A DNA stretch of 64,000 nt. Source: Clostridia bacterium (GTDB lineage Bacteria > Bacillota > Clostridia > Oscillospirales > CAG-272). The stretch is taken from contig JAFTPV010000013.1 in the NCBI GenBank assembly GCA_017463125.1, positions 79,926-143,925 of the forward strand. Reading direction: 5' to 3'. A program made the position numbers and the translations under genes. Shown piece after piece: positions 45,562 to 54,467 of the stretch (the stretch's first letter is position 1; the number at the start of each line of letters is the position of its first letter). The notes beneath the pieces are model-generated. The model was not told where the DNA came from. It saw nothing but the letters and a program-made list of their open reading frames with translations, and did no database searches.

Positions 45562-45685
45562 GGACAGTCGAGACGCCTGTCCCTACGGTTGTACGTTCAA
45601 ATTGCGATAAGAATTTGTAATTGCTTATAAAACAATTTCGTAAAATGTGTACGCTGTTTGTAGGGACAGGCGTCCTCGACTGTCC
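45562..45685. repeat. 25/26-bp inverted repeat flanking a 73-bp AT-rich spacer, between convergent genes
   Basis: GGACAGTCGAGACGCCTGTCCCTAC (45562-45586) against GTAGGGACAGGCGTCCTCGACTGTCC (45660-45685). They are complementary except for one extra C. Confidence 0.65.
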
Positions 45686-45764
45686 GTAAAATTCTCGTCC
45701 TTGATAAATCTATTTTCACCTATGTAAAAAAGGGTAGCCCCGCAGGACTACCCTTATTATTTTT

Positions 45765-48374
45765 TTAGATACTTGCAAGAATTTCCTCTGCCTTTGCAAG
45801 CGCTTCGGGAATCTTATCAATATCACGACCGCCGCCCATAGCGCTGTCGGGACGTCCTCCGCCCTTACCTCCGCAGATGGTTGCTACCTCGCGCAGAATA
45901 TTTCCTGCGTGAGCGCCCACCTTAACGGCTTCGGCACCTGCCGCGACGACAAAATTCAGCTTGCCGTCATTTACTACCGCGAGAACGGCTACCGCATCGG
46001 GATACTTCTCCTTGACGGTATCGGAGAGCGCTCTTGCCTGATCGGCGCGCATCTCCACCCTTGCGGCAAGAAGTCTTACCTTACCGACGGTTTTAAGTCC
46101 GGAGAGTAGCGCCTCTGCCTTTGCGTTTGCTATCTGGGAGTTTGCACTCTCAAGCTCGCGGCGAACCTCCTTTATCTCGTTCTGAAGACTTGCGGCCTTC
46201 TTCGCGATAGCGTTGACGTTAGGAGATTTAAGCTCTCTTGCAGCTTCTGCGATAAGCGAGTCACGCTCGGAAAGAAGCGCAAGTACGCCAAGGCCTGTCG
46301 TTCCCTCAATTCTTCTGACACCCGCTGCAACGCTGGACTCGGAAATAACCTTAAACAGACCGATATTTCCTGTGTTAGACACGTGAGTACCGCCGCAAAG
46401 CTCGGTTGAGGACGAGCCAATCTTAACGACTCTTACCTCGTTGCCGTATTTCTCTCCAAAGAGCGCCATAGCGCCCATCTTCTTTGCCTCATCGGGAGTT
46501 GTTACTATCGTTTCAGCCTGCTCGGCAAGAAGGATATTAGCGTTTACTATTGCCTCGACCTTTGCTATCTCCTCGTCAGTCATAGCCGCAAGATGAGTGA
46601 AGTCAAAGCGAACTCTATGCTCGTCAACGTAAGAGCCTGCCTGCTCAACGTGAGTGCCGAGAACTGCACGCAGTGCCGCCTGAAGAAGATGCGCCGCCGA
46701 GTGATTTCTTCTTATAGCATTACGTCTTTCTGTATCAATTTTAAGCGTTACGGTATCACCTACGCTGATAGGCGCATCAAGAGTAAGCTCGTGAATATAA
46801 ATACCGTTTGTTTTCTTGGTGTCGGTTATAGTGCCTATTCCTACGATAACGCCGCTATCACCAACCTGACCGCCGCCCTCGCCGTAGAAGGCAGTTTTGT
46901 CAAAGATGACGGAGCATTCGCCCTCGGAGGCGCACTCGACAGCCTCGCTGTCAACGATGATGGACAGAACCTTCGCTTCACACTCGTTCTCGGTATAGCC
47001 TACGAAGTCGGTTGCGGGAAGATTTTCAAGAAGAGATTTAGAGCTATCCGACCAGCCCGAGATATTGCCTCTTGCGGCTCTTGCTCTCTGCTTCTGCTCC
47101 TCCATAAGAGCCTTGAAGGCGTCCTCATCAATAGAGAGTCCTGCCTCCTCCGCAATCTCGCGGGTGAGGTCTACTGGGAAGCCGAAGGTGTCGTAAAGCT
47201 TGAACGCATCAGCACCGGATATAACCTTATCGCCCTTTTCCTTAGCGTCGGCAATAACACCCGAAAGAATTCCAAGGCCCGCGTCAATGGTTGCGTTAAA
47301 GCGCTCCTCCTCGAGAGTGATAACCTTGAGAATATAGTCGTATTTTTCACGAAGCTCGGGGTATGCACCCTCATTCTGACCGATAACTATTTCAACAAGT
47401 CCTTTGAGGAACATTCCTTCAATACCGAGAAGCTTTGCGTGTCTGCAAGCACGGCGGATAATTCTGCGGAGAACGTAGCCGCGTCCCTCGTTTGAGGGAA
47501 TAACGCCATCGCTTATCATAAAGGTTGCAGACCTCGTATGGTCGGTGATAACGCGAATGGAAATATCGTCGTTCTTCTCCGCACCGTAGGTCTTACCGGC
47601 AATTTCACAAACTCTGTCAAGAAGCGCACGTACGGTATCAACCTCAAAGAGATTGTCCACACCCTGCATAACGCAGGCAAGGCGCTCAAGTCCCATACCT
47701 GTATCTATATTCTTCTGTGCAAGCTCGGTATAGTTTCCGTTACCGTCATTATTAAACTGGGAGAATACGTTATTCCATATCTCCATAAATCTATCACAGT
47801 CGCAGCCGGGCTTACAGTCAGGTGAGCCGCAGCCGTACTTTATGCCTCTGTCGAAATATATCTCCGAGCAGGGACCGCAAGGGCCGCTTCCGTGCTCCCA
47901 GAAGTTGTCCTCCTTGCCGAGTCTGACTATATGAGCCTCGGGAACGCCTATCTTATCGCGCCAGATAGCGTAAGCCTCTTCATCATTTTCATATACCGAG
48001 GGCCAGAGAAGGTCGCCGGGAATCTCGAGCGTTTCGGTCAAGAACTCCCACGCCCAAGGAATAGCCTCCTCCTTGAAATAATCGCCAAAGGAGAAGTTAC
48101 CTAGCATCTCAAAATAAGTGCCGTGACGCGCCGTGTGTCCAACGCGCTCGAGGTCGGGCGTTCTGATACATTTCTGGCAAGTGCAGACTCTGTTACGAGG
48201 CGGCATCTCCTCTCCTGTGAAGAACTTCTTCATCGGTGCCATGCCCGAGTTTATCAGAAGAAGAGATTTATCGTTATTCGGAATAAGCGAAAAGCTGGGA
48301 AGGCGAAGATGCCCCTTGCTCTCAAAGAAGGAGAGATACTTTTCACGAAGGTCGTTAAGCGATGTCCATTTCAT
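45765..48374 (-). CDS. alaS: alanine--tRNA ligase
   Basis: 869 aa. 'FFESKGH..LPS.SLIP..D.SLLLINSGM', 'RHGTYFEMLGNFSFGDYFK', and editing-domain 'HSAAHLL' and 'CGGTH' motifs. Confidence 0.95.
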   Translation of the reverse strand: MKWTSLNDLREKYLSFFESKGHLRLPSFSLIPNNDKSLLLINSGMAPMKKFFTGEEMPPRNRVCTCQKCIRTPDLERVGHTARHGTYFEMLGNFSFGDYFKEEAIPWAWEFLTETLEIPGDLLWPSVYENDEEAYAIWRDKIGVPEAHIVRLGKEDNFWEHGSGPCGPCSEIYFDRGIKYGCGSPDCKPGCDCDRFMEIWNNVFSQFNNDGNGNYTELAQKNIDTGMGLERLACVMQGVDNLFEVDTVRALLDRVCEIAGKTYGAEKNDDISIRVITDHTRSATFMISDGVIPSNEGRGYVLRRIIRRACRHAKLLGIEGMFLKGLVEIVIGQNEGAYPELREKYDYILKVITLEEERFNATIDAGLGILSGVIADAKEKGDKVISGADAFKLYDTFGFPVDLTREIAEEAGLSIDEDAFKALMEEQKQRARAARGNISGWSDSSKSLLENLPATDFVGYTENECEAKVLSIIVDSEAVECASEGECSVIFDKTAFYGEGGGQVGDSGVIVGIGTITDTKKTNGIYIHELTLDAPISVGDTVTLKIDTERRNAIRRNHSAAHLLQAALRAVLGTHVEQAGSYVDEHRVRFDFTHLAAMTDEEIAKVEAIVNANILLAEQAETIVTTPDEAKKMGAMALFGEKYGNEVRVVKIGSSSTELCGGTHVSNTGNIGLFKVISESSVAAGVRRIEGTTGLGVLALLSERDSLIAEAARELKSPNVNAIAKKAASLQNEIKEVRRELESANSQIANAKAEALLSGLKTVGKVRLLAARVEMRADQARALSDTVKEKYPDAVAVLAVVNDGKLNFVVAAGAEAVKVGAHAGNILREVATICGGKGGGRPDSAMGGGRDIDKIPEALAKAEEILASI

Positions 48375-48480
48375 TTTTTAGTTTGCTCCTAAAATTACAT
48401 TGTAATAACTAATTATAGCACATTAAAATACATAAAGTCAATAAATATATCAAAATTTTCAAACAAACGCACTTACGGGA

Positions 48481-48509
48481 TTGACTTTTGTCGGATTTGG
48501 GTATATAAT
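48481..48509 (+). promoter_or_regulatory. sigma-A type promoter for pepT (TTGACT, 17-nt spacer, TATAAT)
   Basis: TTGACT at 48481-48486, 17-nt spacer, TATAAT at 48504-48509. It lies about 35 nt upstream of ATG 48544. Confidence 0.7.
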
Positions 48510-48543
48510 CTTAATGTTAAAATCAAGAAAGAAACGGATAATT

Positions 48544-49758
48544 ATGAAAATAGAAGAGAGATTTCTTAATTACGTGGGTTATCCCACGATGTCCGACGAG
48601 GAGAGCGAAAGCACGCCCAGCACACAAAAGCAGACGGTGCTTGCCAAGGCTCTTGCAGAGGAGCTACGCGAGATTGGCGTATCCGACGCCGAGGTAGACG
48701 GACACGGCTACGTTTACGGCTCAATTCCTGCTACGGCAGAGGGATTTTCTTCCGTAGGATTTATCGCGCATCTTGACACCTCTGACGCTATGCCCGACTC
48801 TCCGATAAAGACTCGCGTGGTTGATTACGGCGGCGGGGATATCCTGCTGAATGAAGAAAAAGGTATAGTTATGAGAGAGGCGGACTACCCTGCACTTTCA
48901 AGACGGGTTGGCGAGAGGCTTATCGTTACGGACGGCACGACTCTGCTCGGAGCTGACGACAAGGCGGGTATTACCGAGATAGTTTCTGCTGCGGAGCGCA
49001 TAATCAAGGGTAATTTCCCTCACGGTAAAATATCCATCGCCTTTACTCCCGACGAGGAGATAGGCAGAGGAGCTGACCTCTTTGACGTTAAAAAATTCGG
49101 CGCTGACTACGCCTACACCCTTGACGGCGGCGAGATTGGCGAGCTTGAATACGAGAACTTTAACGCCGCCTCGGCGAAGGTTTCGGTTAAGGGATTTTCA
49201 ATCCACCCAGGCTCCGCTAAAGGAAAGATGAAAAACGCATCTTCTATCGCGGCGGAGTTCAATTCGCTCCTCGACCCCGAGGCAGTACCCGAAAAAACCG
49301 AGGGATACGAGGGCTTTTATCATCTGATTTCAATGTCGGGCGAGTGTGAGTATGCGAGCCTTGACTACATTCTCCGCGACCACGACGGTGAAAAGCTGGA
49401 GGCTCTCAAGTTGAGCTTCGAGTCTTTGGCGCATACTCTTAACGAAAAATACGGTGAGGGTACGGTAACGCTGACAGTCAAGGACTCGTACCGTAATATG
49501 CGCGAGATAATAGAGGCTCACCCCTACACGATAGAGGGCGCCAAGTCGGCTATGAAAAAGCTGGGAATAGAGCCTATCGTCAATCCTATCCGAGGAGGTA
49601 CGGACGGTGCGCGTCTGTCCTTTATGGGTCTGCCCTGCCCCAATCTCGGCACGGGCGGTGCAAATTTCCACTCCGGCTTCGAGTACGTTTCCATCGATGG
49701 AATGGAAAGGGCTGTGGATTTGATTGTTGAGATAATCAAGGGCGCAAAATCCGTATAA
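48544..49758 (+). CDS. pepT: peptidase T (tripeptide aminopeptidase, M20B)
   Basis: 'MKIEERFLNYV...PTMSDE', 'IAHLDT', 'GADDKAGI', 'FTPDEEIGRGA', 'GGTDGA' motifs. Confidence 0.9.
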   Translation: MKIEERFLNYVGYPTMSDEESESTPSTQKQTVLAKALAEELREIGVSDAEVDGHGYVYGSIPATAEGFSSVGFIAHLDTSDAMPDSPIKTRVVDYGGGDILLNEEKGIVMREADYPALSRRVGERLIVTDGTTLLGADDKAGITEIVSAAERIIKGNFPHGKISIAFTPDEEIGRGADLFDVKKFGADYAYTLDGGEIGELEYENFNAASAKVSVKGFSIHPGSAKGKMKNASSIAAEFNSLLDPEAVPEKTEGYEGFYHLISMSGECEYASLDYILRDHDGEKLEALKLSFESLAHTLNEKYGEGTVTLTVKDSYRNMREIIEAHPYTIEGAKSAMKKLGIEPIVNPIRGGTDGARLSFMGLPCPNLGTGGANFHSGFEYVSIDGMERAVDLIVEIIKGAKSV

Positions 49759-49800
49759 CCGCAGATTTTGACAACTTTATTTTACATTTAGGAGTTTTTT

Positions 49801-50796
49801 ATGATAGTTGCAGACGTAATTTATAATGTTGCTCTTTTATTCATTTTGATGATACCGGGCGTTATTCTGAGAAAATGCAAGATGGTATCTGATAGCTTCG
49901 GTAAGGGGCTTTCTAACCTTGTTTTATATATCGCGCAACCCGCGCTGATATTCCTCGCATACGTTAAGCCGTTTGATATGGATATTCTGATAAACTCGGC
50001 GTACGTGCTGATATTCTCGGTAATAGCTCACGCTCTCTTTGCCGTAGTTGCTATGCTACTCTTTAATGGAGCAGAGGACGCAAGACGCAGAATGCTCCGC
50101 TTTGCCACCATATTCTCAAACGCGGCGTTTATGGGTATTCCTCTTATCGCGGCAGTGCTTGAGGACAAGTTCCCCGGCGCGACACTCTTTGCCTCAATCT
50201 ACAACATCACCTTCAACCTCTTCCTGTGGTCGCTCGGCGTTATGATATGCACCAAGGACAGAGATAATGACAATAATGGGGTTTGCGACCACGAGGACGC
50301 AAAAAAGAATGGTGCTTCTATCGTGAAAGCACTCGTTCATCCTGTAACAATCGCGGCGGCTATAGGTCTTATATTCTTCATATTCCCTGTCACAAGCTAT
50401 ATTCCCGAGGTGGTCTGGGGTCTTGTTTCCGACACGGCAACGCATCTGAAAAACCTCGTTGCTCCGCTCTCTATGATAGTTATCGGATTGAGGCTTCCTG
50501 ACATCAGCTTCAAGGGAGTTCTCCGCGATAAATATATGTATCTCTTCCTTGCGCTTCGCCATGTTCTGCTGCCCGTTGCGGTGGTAGCTATTCTCAAGCT
50601 CGTATCGCTCACAGGTCTTGAAATGCACGGCGCGGTAGCTCCTGTTGTTGCAATACTCGCCTCCGCACCCGCAGCTACGAGCGCTACTATGTTTGCGGAA
50701 AAATACGACTGCGACTCGGCTTACGTTTCAAGGCTGGTAACCATTTCCACCCTTCTATCAATCGTAACGATGCCGCTGATACTTATGCTCGTATAA
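49801..50796 (+). CDS. AEC (auxin efflux carrier) family transporter
   Basis: About 10 hydrophobic segments in two halves with a central hydrophilic loop, plus an 'FSNAAFMGIPL' type motif. Confidence 0.75.
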   Translation: MIVADVIYNVALLFILMIPGVILRKCKMVSDSFGKGLSNLVLYIAQPALIFLAYVKPFDMDILINSAYVLIFSVIAHALFAVVAMLLFNGAEDARRRMLRFATIFSNAAFMGIPLIAAVLEDKFPGATLFASIYNITFNLFLWSLGVMICTKDRDNDNNGVCDHEDAKKNGASIVKALVHPVTIAAAIGLIFFIFPVTSYIPEVVWGLVSDTATHLKNLVAPLSMIVIGLRLPDISFKGVLRDKYMYLFLALRHVLLPVAVVAILKLVSLTGLEMHGAVAPVVAILASAPAATSATMFAEKYDCDSAYVSRLVTISTLLSIVTMPLILMLV

Positions 50797-50804
50797 TTCT
50801 ACAT

Positions 50805-51545
50805 ATATGTCATGACCACCGGCCGTGCCGGTGGCATGCACAAGCCCCCTTAGGGCATAACACCGGCTCGGTGAGCCTATAGGCTCATCGAAAAGTCTGC
50901 CAACCGCGCAGATTTTACCGGCTTGCCCCTAAAGGGGCTTTCTTATTTGCCTTCTTTTGCCGGCTCACCCGTAAACGGGTCAATATATTCTTTTATGCTT
51001 AGTTGCTCAGCCTCATGGTCTTCGTATAATTGATTCCTTATGTATTCCGCTATTGCCTTTTTATTGCGTCCTACTATATCTACGTAAAATCCTCTGCACC
51101 AAAAGTGTCTGTTTCCATATTTATACTTTAAGTTCGCGTATTTCTCAAAGATCATTAAACTGCTTTTTCCTTTGAGATACCCCTTCACTTGTGATATACT
51201 GTATTTTGGTGGTACAGATATGAGCATATGAATGTGATCTTTGCAGGCTTCTGCTTCGAGTATCTCTATTTGTTTGTACTCGCACAGTTTTCGTAGCATC
51301 TTTCCTATATCTACTTTTATCTTTCCATAGATCACTTGTCTCCTATATTTTGGTGCAAAAACGATATGGTACTTGCAATTCCATTTTGTATGTGCTAAAC
51401 TATTTGTGTCAAGTTTCACGACTTGATCCTCCCTTGGTTTTTAATTTTGTTGGTTGGCAGACCGACTCTATTATACACCAAGGGAGGTGCTTTTTCTACG
51501 CATAGCTAAAGCTTTTTTGAACCACCAGCCGGACTGGTGGTTTTC
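50805..51545. mobile_element. IS200/IS605-family insertion sequence (tnpA only)
   Basis: A Y1 HUH transposase gene is flanked by subterminal hairpins CCACCGGC-cgt-GCCGGTGG (about 50814-50833) and AACCACCAG-ccgga-CTGGTGGTT (about 51520-51543). The exact ends were not determined. Confidence 0.7.
50943..51419 (-). CDS. tnpA: IS200/IS605 family transposase TnpA (Y1, HUH)
   Basis: 'HTKWNCKYHIVFAPKYRR', 'DHIHMLISVPPKYS', '..AIAEYIRNQ'. GTG start with GGGAGG SD. Confidence 0.92.
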   Translation of the reverse strand: MKLDTNSLAHTKWNCKYHIVFAPKYRRQVIYGKIKVDIGKMLRKLCEYKQIEILEAEACKDHIHMLISVPPKYSISQVKGYLKGKSSLMIFEKYANLKYKYGNRHFWCRGFYVDIVGRNKKAIAEYIRNQLYEDHEAEQLSIKEYIDPFTGEPAKEGK

Positions 51546-51575
51546 CTGCGAAGACTTTTTTCCAAGTCTTCGCTA

Positions 51576-51617
51576 TACAAAAAGTACGTTTTCTGCCCGA
51601 AAGGCAAAAAACGTACT
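51576..51617 (-). terminator. rho-independent terminator after the EEP-family gene
   Basis: Minus strand: AGTACGTTTTTTGCC-TTTCG-GGCAGAAAACGTACT followed by TTTTT. Confidence 0.7.
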
Positions 51618-51643
51618 CTCTGCCAATATTTTTATATTTTGTT

Positions 51644-52360
51644 TCAGAGCTCAAGCTCTGCTACGTGGGGTCTATGATCCGAGGCAATCAGCGCGGGTAT
51701 GTCGGCTGATATTACCTCGACGTCCGGTGAAACGAAGATATAGTCTATCTTTAACGTTGGATTATCGGAGGGGAAGCTGAACAGCTCTCCGCAAAAAAGG
51801 TCTGCCGTATCCTTCATTCTCTCGCGTATGGGAGCGAGGACGGAATCGTCGGGCGTTACGTTAAAATCACCCATAAGTATGCACCTTTTGTCCTCGATGT
51901 TTTCAAGAACGGTACGCACCGCATTTTCCTGCTCGTCAGTATTAAGACCGAAATGAGTTACCAGAACCGTTATGTCCCCCTCGAGCTTTACCTTAAGGAC
52001 GGCGCGGGTTTCGTAATACTTGTTTCCCACTTTGACGTCAGGGTCGGGGATTGGAATCACCTCGGAGGAAATTATAGGATAGCGGGACAGAAGCGAGTTG
52101 CCGTAAGGACCAAGTCCGTCAAAGTAAATAGCCCTACCGAAGCGATAGTGAGCAAGCCCTGAAAGCTCGGATAGTATCTCCGTCTGCTCCTCGTAATCAG
52201 GGGCTATTCCGCACCCTCTCATCTCCTGAAGTCCTACTACGTCAGCGCCGACACTCTTTATCGCATCTGCCATTATCTCAAAATCTATTCTCTGCTCGAG
52301 GTAGTTCAGGCAATGCTGTGTGTTAAAGCTTACAAACTTCAAATTTATCACTCTCCTCAA
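51644..52360 (-). CDS. endonuclease/exonuclease/phosphatase (EEP) family protein
   Basis: 'VVGLQEM', 'THFGLN', 'GDFNVTPDD', 'SDHRP' motifs. The tracked start is TTG. A downstream TTG at 52342, preceded by GAGGAG, is a plausible true start. Confidence 0.75.
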   Translation of the reverse strand: MRRVINLKFVSFNTQHCLNYLEQRIDFEIMADAIKSVGADVVGLQEMRGCGIAPDYEEQTEILSELSGLAHYRFGRAIYFDGLGPYGNSLLSRYPIISSEVIPIPDPDVKVGNKYYETRAVLKVKLEGDITVLVTHFGLNTDEQENAVRTVLENIEDKRCILMGDFNVTPDDSVLAPIRERMKDTADLFCGELFSFPSDNPTLKIDYIFVSPDVEVISADIPALIASDHRPHVAELEL

Positions 52361-53168
52361 GTCCGAGCATATTTATTGCTCTCTCGAATATTTCTTTTGC
52401 ATTTTCAAAATTCTTCGGGTGGTGTGCGTCCGTACCGAGATAGAATTTACAGCCCTGCCACTTTGCAATTCTAAACATACGTAGCACCCGTTCTGCCTCC
52501 GAGTCTGAAAAGCGCATATCTGCCTTGTTAAGCTCTATTCCGATGCCCACCTCTTTTGCTTTTGCGAAAAGGCGTTCCATTTCGCCCGACGGTATAAGGT
52601 CAAGTGTGGAAAGATATTTTTCTCTATCCCTTGCGCCGTTGTTAATCAGAGGGCAGGCGAGATGAGCAACGCCGGTCTTGTAAAACGGGAGATCGGCTGA
52701 AAGAAGCTTGTCGAATCTCTCTACCCAAAGCCTAGCTCGTGCCTCGTCACTCTCAGCGTCCTCCGGGTGTATGGTAAACTCGCTCATCTGCAGGTGAGTC
52801 GTCGGAACTATAATGAAGCCAAAATCGTCAAAACGCTCCTTCGGAATTCCTATAGTAAAATCCCAATTCATATCGGTTTCACAGCCGAAAAGGAACTTTA
52901 TCCCCTCCGAGCTTGGAAGCGGCAGGCATTTTGCCAAATTATCAAAGTTTTGCGGTCTATACCAATTTGACGGTGTGGGAACAGCGCCGTCCCAATAATG
53001 ATCGGTGACGGCTACTGTGTTAAGGCCGTTTTTCTTTGCGTACTCAAGAATATACTTTGGTGTCTGTTTAGGATCCTGTGAGCACTCCGAAAGATATGTA
53101 TGTATATGCAGGTCGTGGTCTATCTTGTATTTCATAACTTTCGCCCCTTTTCCGTTGTTAAGGAGCAT
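52323..53168 (-). CDS. PHP-domain (histidinol-phosphatase-like) metal-dependent phosphoesterase
   Basis: 'DLHIHTYLSECS', 'VAVTDH', 'GTDAHHP'. The start may be the Met at 53135 (MKYKIDHDLH). Confidence 0.75.
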   Translation of the reverse strand: MLLNNGKGAKVMKYKIDHDLHIHTYLSECSQDPKQTPKYILEYAKKNGLNTVAVTDHYWDGAVPTPSNWYRPQNFDNLAKCLPLPSSEGIKFLFGCETDMNWDFTIGIPKERFDDFGFIIVPTTHLQMSEFTIHPEDAESDEARARLWVERFDKLLSADLPFYKTGVAHLACPLINNGARDREKYLSTLDLIPSGEMERLFAKAKEVGIGIELNKADMRFSDSEAERVLRMFRIAKWQGCKFYLGTDAHHPKNFENAKEIFERAINMLGLEESDKFEVCKL

Positions 53169-53224
53169 TATATCACATAATGATCCTTAAGTCGGCTTTA
53201 AGTCAATATATAAGGCATCTAAAG

Positions 53225-54436
53225 CTATATCTTTACGACTTTTCCGGTGAGTCTGGATTTCTCTGCTCCAAACGACATACGGTGGCTGTCGATTGAAACG
53301 TCAATATAGGTTATACCGGGAGCGGGCTTACCATTGCGCTCAAGGTAGAGGCTATGCATCATTGAGATGTCGCCGCCGCCGTGATTGCCGGAGGTATTTG
53401 CGTCAGAAAAGTCGTATCTTACGACATCGCTGCCGAAGGGACGAAGCTCAAGGTAAAGAGCCTCCATATTACCGACAAGCTCTGCCTTCGTTCCGTGAAT
53501 CTTAATGTCCCTGTATATTTCCTTTGAGAAGGCGTTCATCGTGTGGCTAACGGTCACTCCGTTCTCGAACTCAAATATGCACACCTGATGGTCTACGACG
53601 TCATTGTCGCACTTGTATACACATCTGTCGTACGGAGAATGTACGAGCTTTTCGCGCCAATTTCCCTCATTGGATACATCAGTGGTAAAATAGCCTCTGA
53701 AGAACTCTTCTCTTTCGTAGATGGTCTGCGCCTTATATACGCAGTCGGTGCAGCCACAGTCCGAGCAATAGTCGGCACTGCCCTCCGGCGCATTATTCCC
53801 GGTAAAGTGGGTAAGACCGCCGAAGGAGGATACGGAAAGGCATTTTTTACCAAGTATGTATCTTATCATATCCATATCGTGACAGCATTTTGCAAGAATC
53901 ATAGGGCAAGCCTCGTAGCTGTTTCTCCAAGGACCTCTGACAAAGGAGTGCGCCTGATGATAATAGCCAACGCATTCTGTTGTATTCATTGTAACTATTT
54001 CGCCAAGGACACCCGAGTCAACGACCTCTTTAAGCTTTGAGTAAAAGGGAGTATAGCGGAGCACGTGGCAAACGATAATCTTTCTGCCGTATTTGACCGA
54101 TGCCTCGTATATAGCCTCGCAGTCCTCAAGGCTCGTTGCAATAGGCTTCTCAAGCAGAAGGTCATATCCCGCCGCCATACAGGCAATTGCGTGCTCTCTG
54201 TGATCCTTGTCCTGTGTCGCAACGGCAACTATATCTGCCTCAATGCCTGCGGCAAGAAAATCCTTATAGTCCGAGAAGGTAGGACAGGTGTGTAAGCTTT
54301 TTGCTAAATCAAGTCTGTCGGGGTCGTTGTCAACGATGGCTGTAACAACAAATTCTTCAGGTTTTTGTAAAGCATAATTTGCATAAATACTACCTCTTTG
54401 GCCGTATCCCACAACTGCTATTTTCTGTGTTTTCAT
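53225..54436 (-). CDS. Gfo/Idh/MocA family oxidoreductase
   Basis: N-terminal Rossmann 'KIAVVGYGQRG' and 'EKPIA' motif. Confidence 0.85.
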   Translation of the reverse strand: MKTQKIAVVGYGQRGSIYANYALQKPEEFVVTAIVDNDPDRLDLAKSLHTCPTFSDYKDFLAAGIEADIVAVATQDKDHREHAIACMAAGYDLLLEKPIATSLEDCEAIYEASVKYGRKIIVCHVLRYTPFYSKLKEVVDSGVLGEIVTMNTTECVGYYHQAHSFVRGPWRNSYEACPMILAKCCHDMDMIRYILGKKCLSVSSFGGLTHFTGNNAPEGSADYCSDCGCTDCVYKAQTIYEREEFFRGYFTTDVSNEGNWREKLVHSPYDRCVYKCDNDVVDHQVCIFEFENGVTVSHTMNAFSKEIYRDIKIHGTKAELVGNMEALYLELRPFGSDVVRYDFSDANTSGNHGGGDISMMHSLYLERNGKPAPGITYIDVSIDSHRMSFGAEKSRLTGKVVKI

Positions 54437-54467
54437 CTTATTTTCCTCATTATTTGCAAATCATTAT

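Noticed and set aside
48375-48543. I expected a T-box leader upstream of alaS, as is common in Firmicutes.
   Set aside because: Only about 170 nt of AT-rich DNA separates alaS from the divergent pepT. It contains no recognisable specifier hairpin or T-box consensus, and it largely holds the pepT promoter.
51454-51780. A 108-aa plus-strand ORF crossing the IS200 end and the 3' end of the EEP gene.
   Set aside because: It spans the IS terminal hairpins, a terminator, and the antisense strand of a supported gene. It is Arg/Leu/Ser-rich with a non-canonical start.
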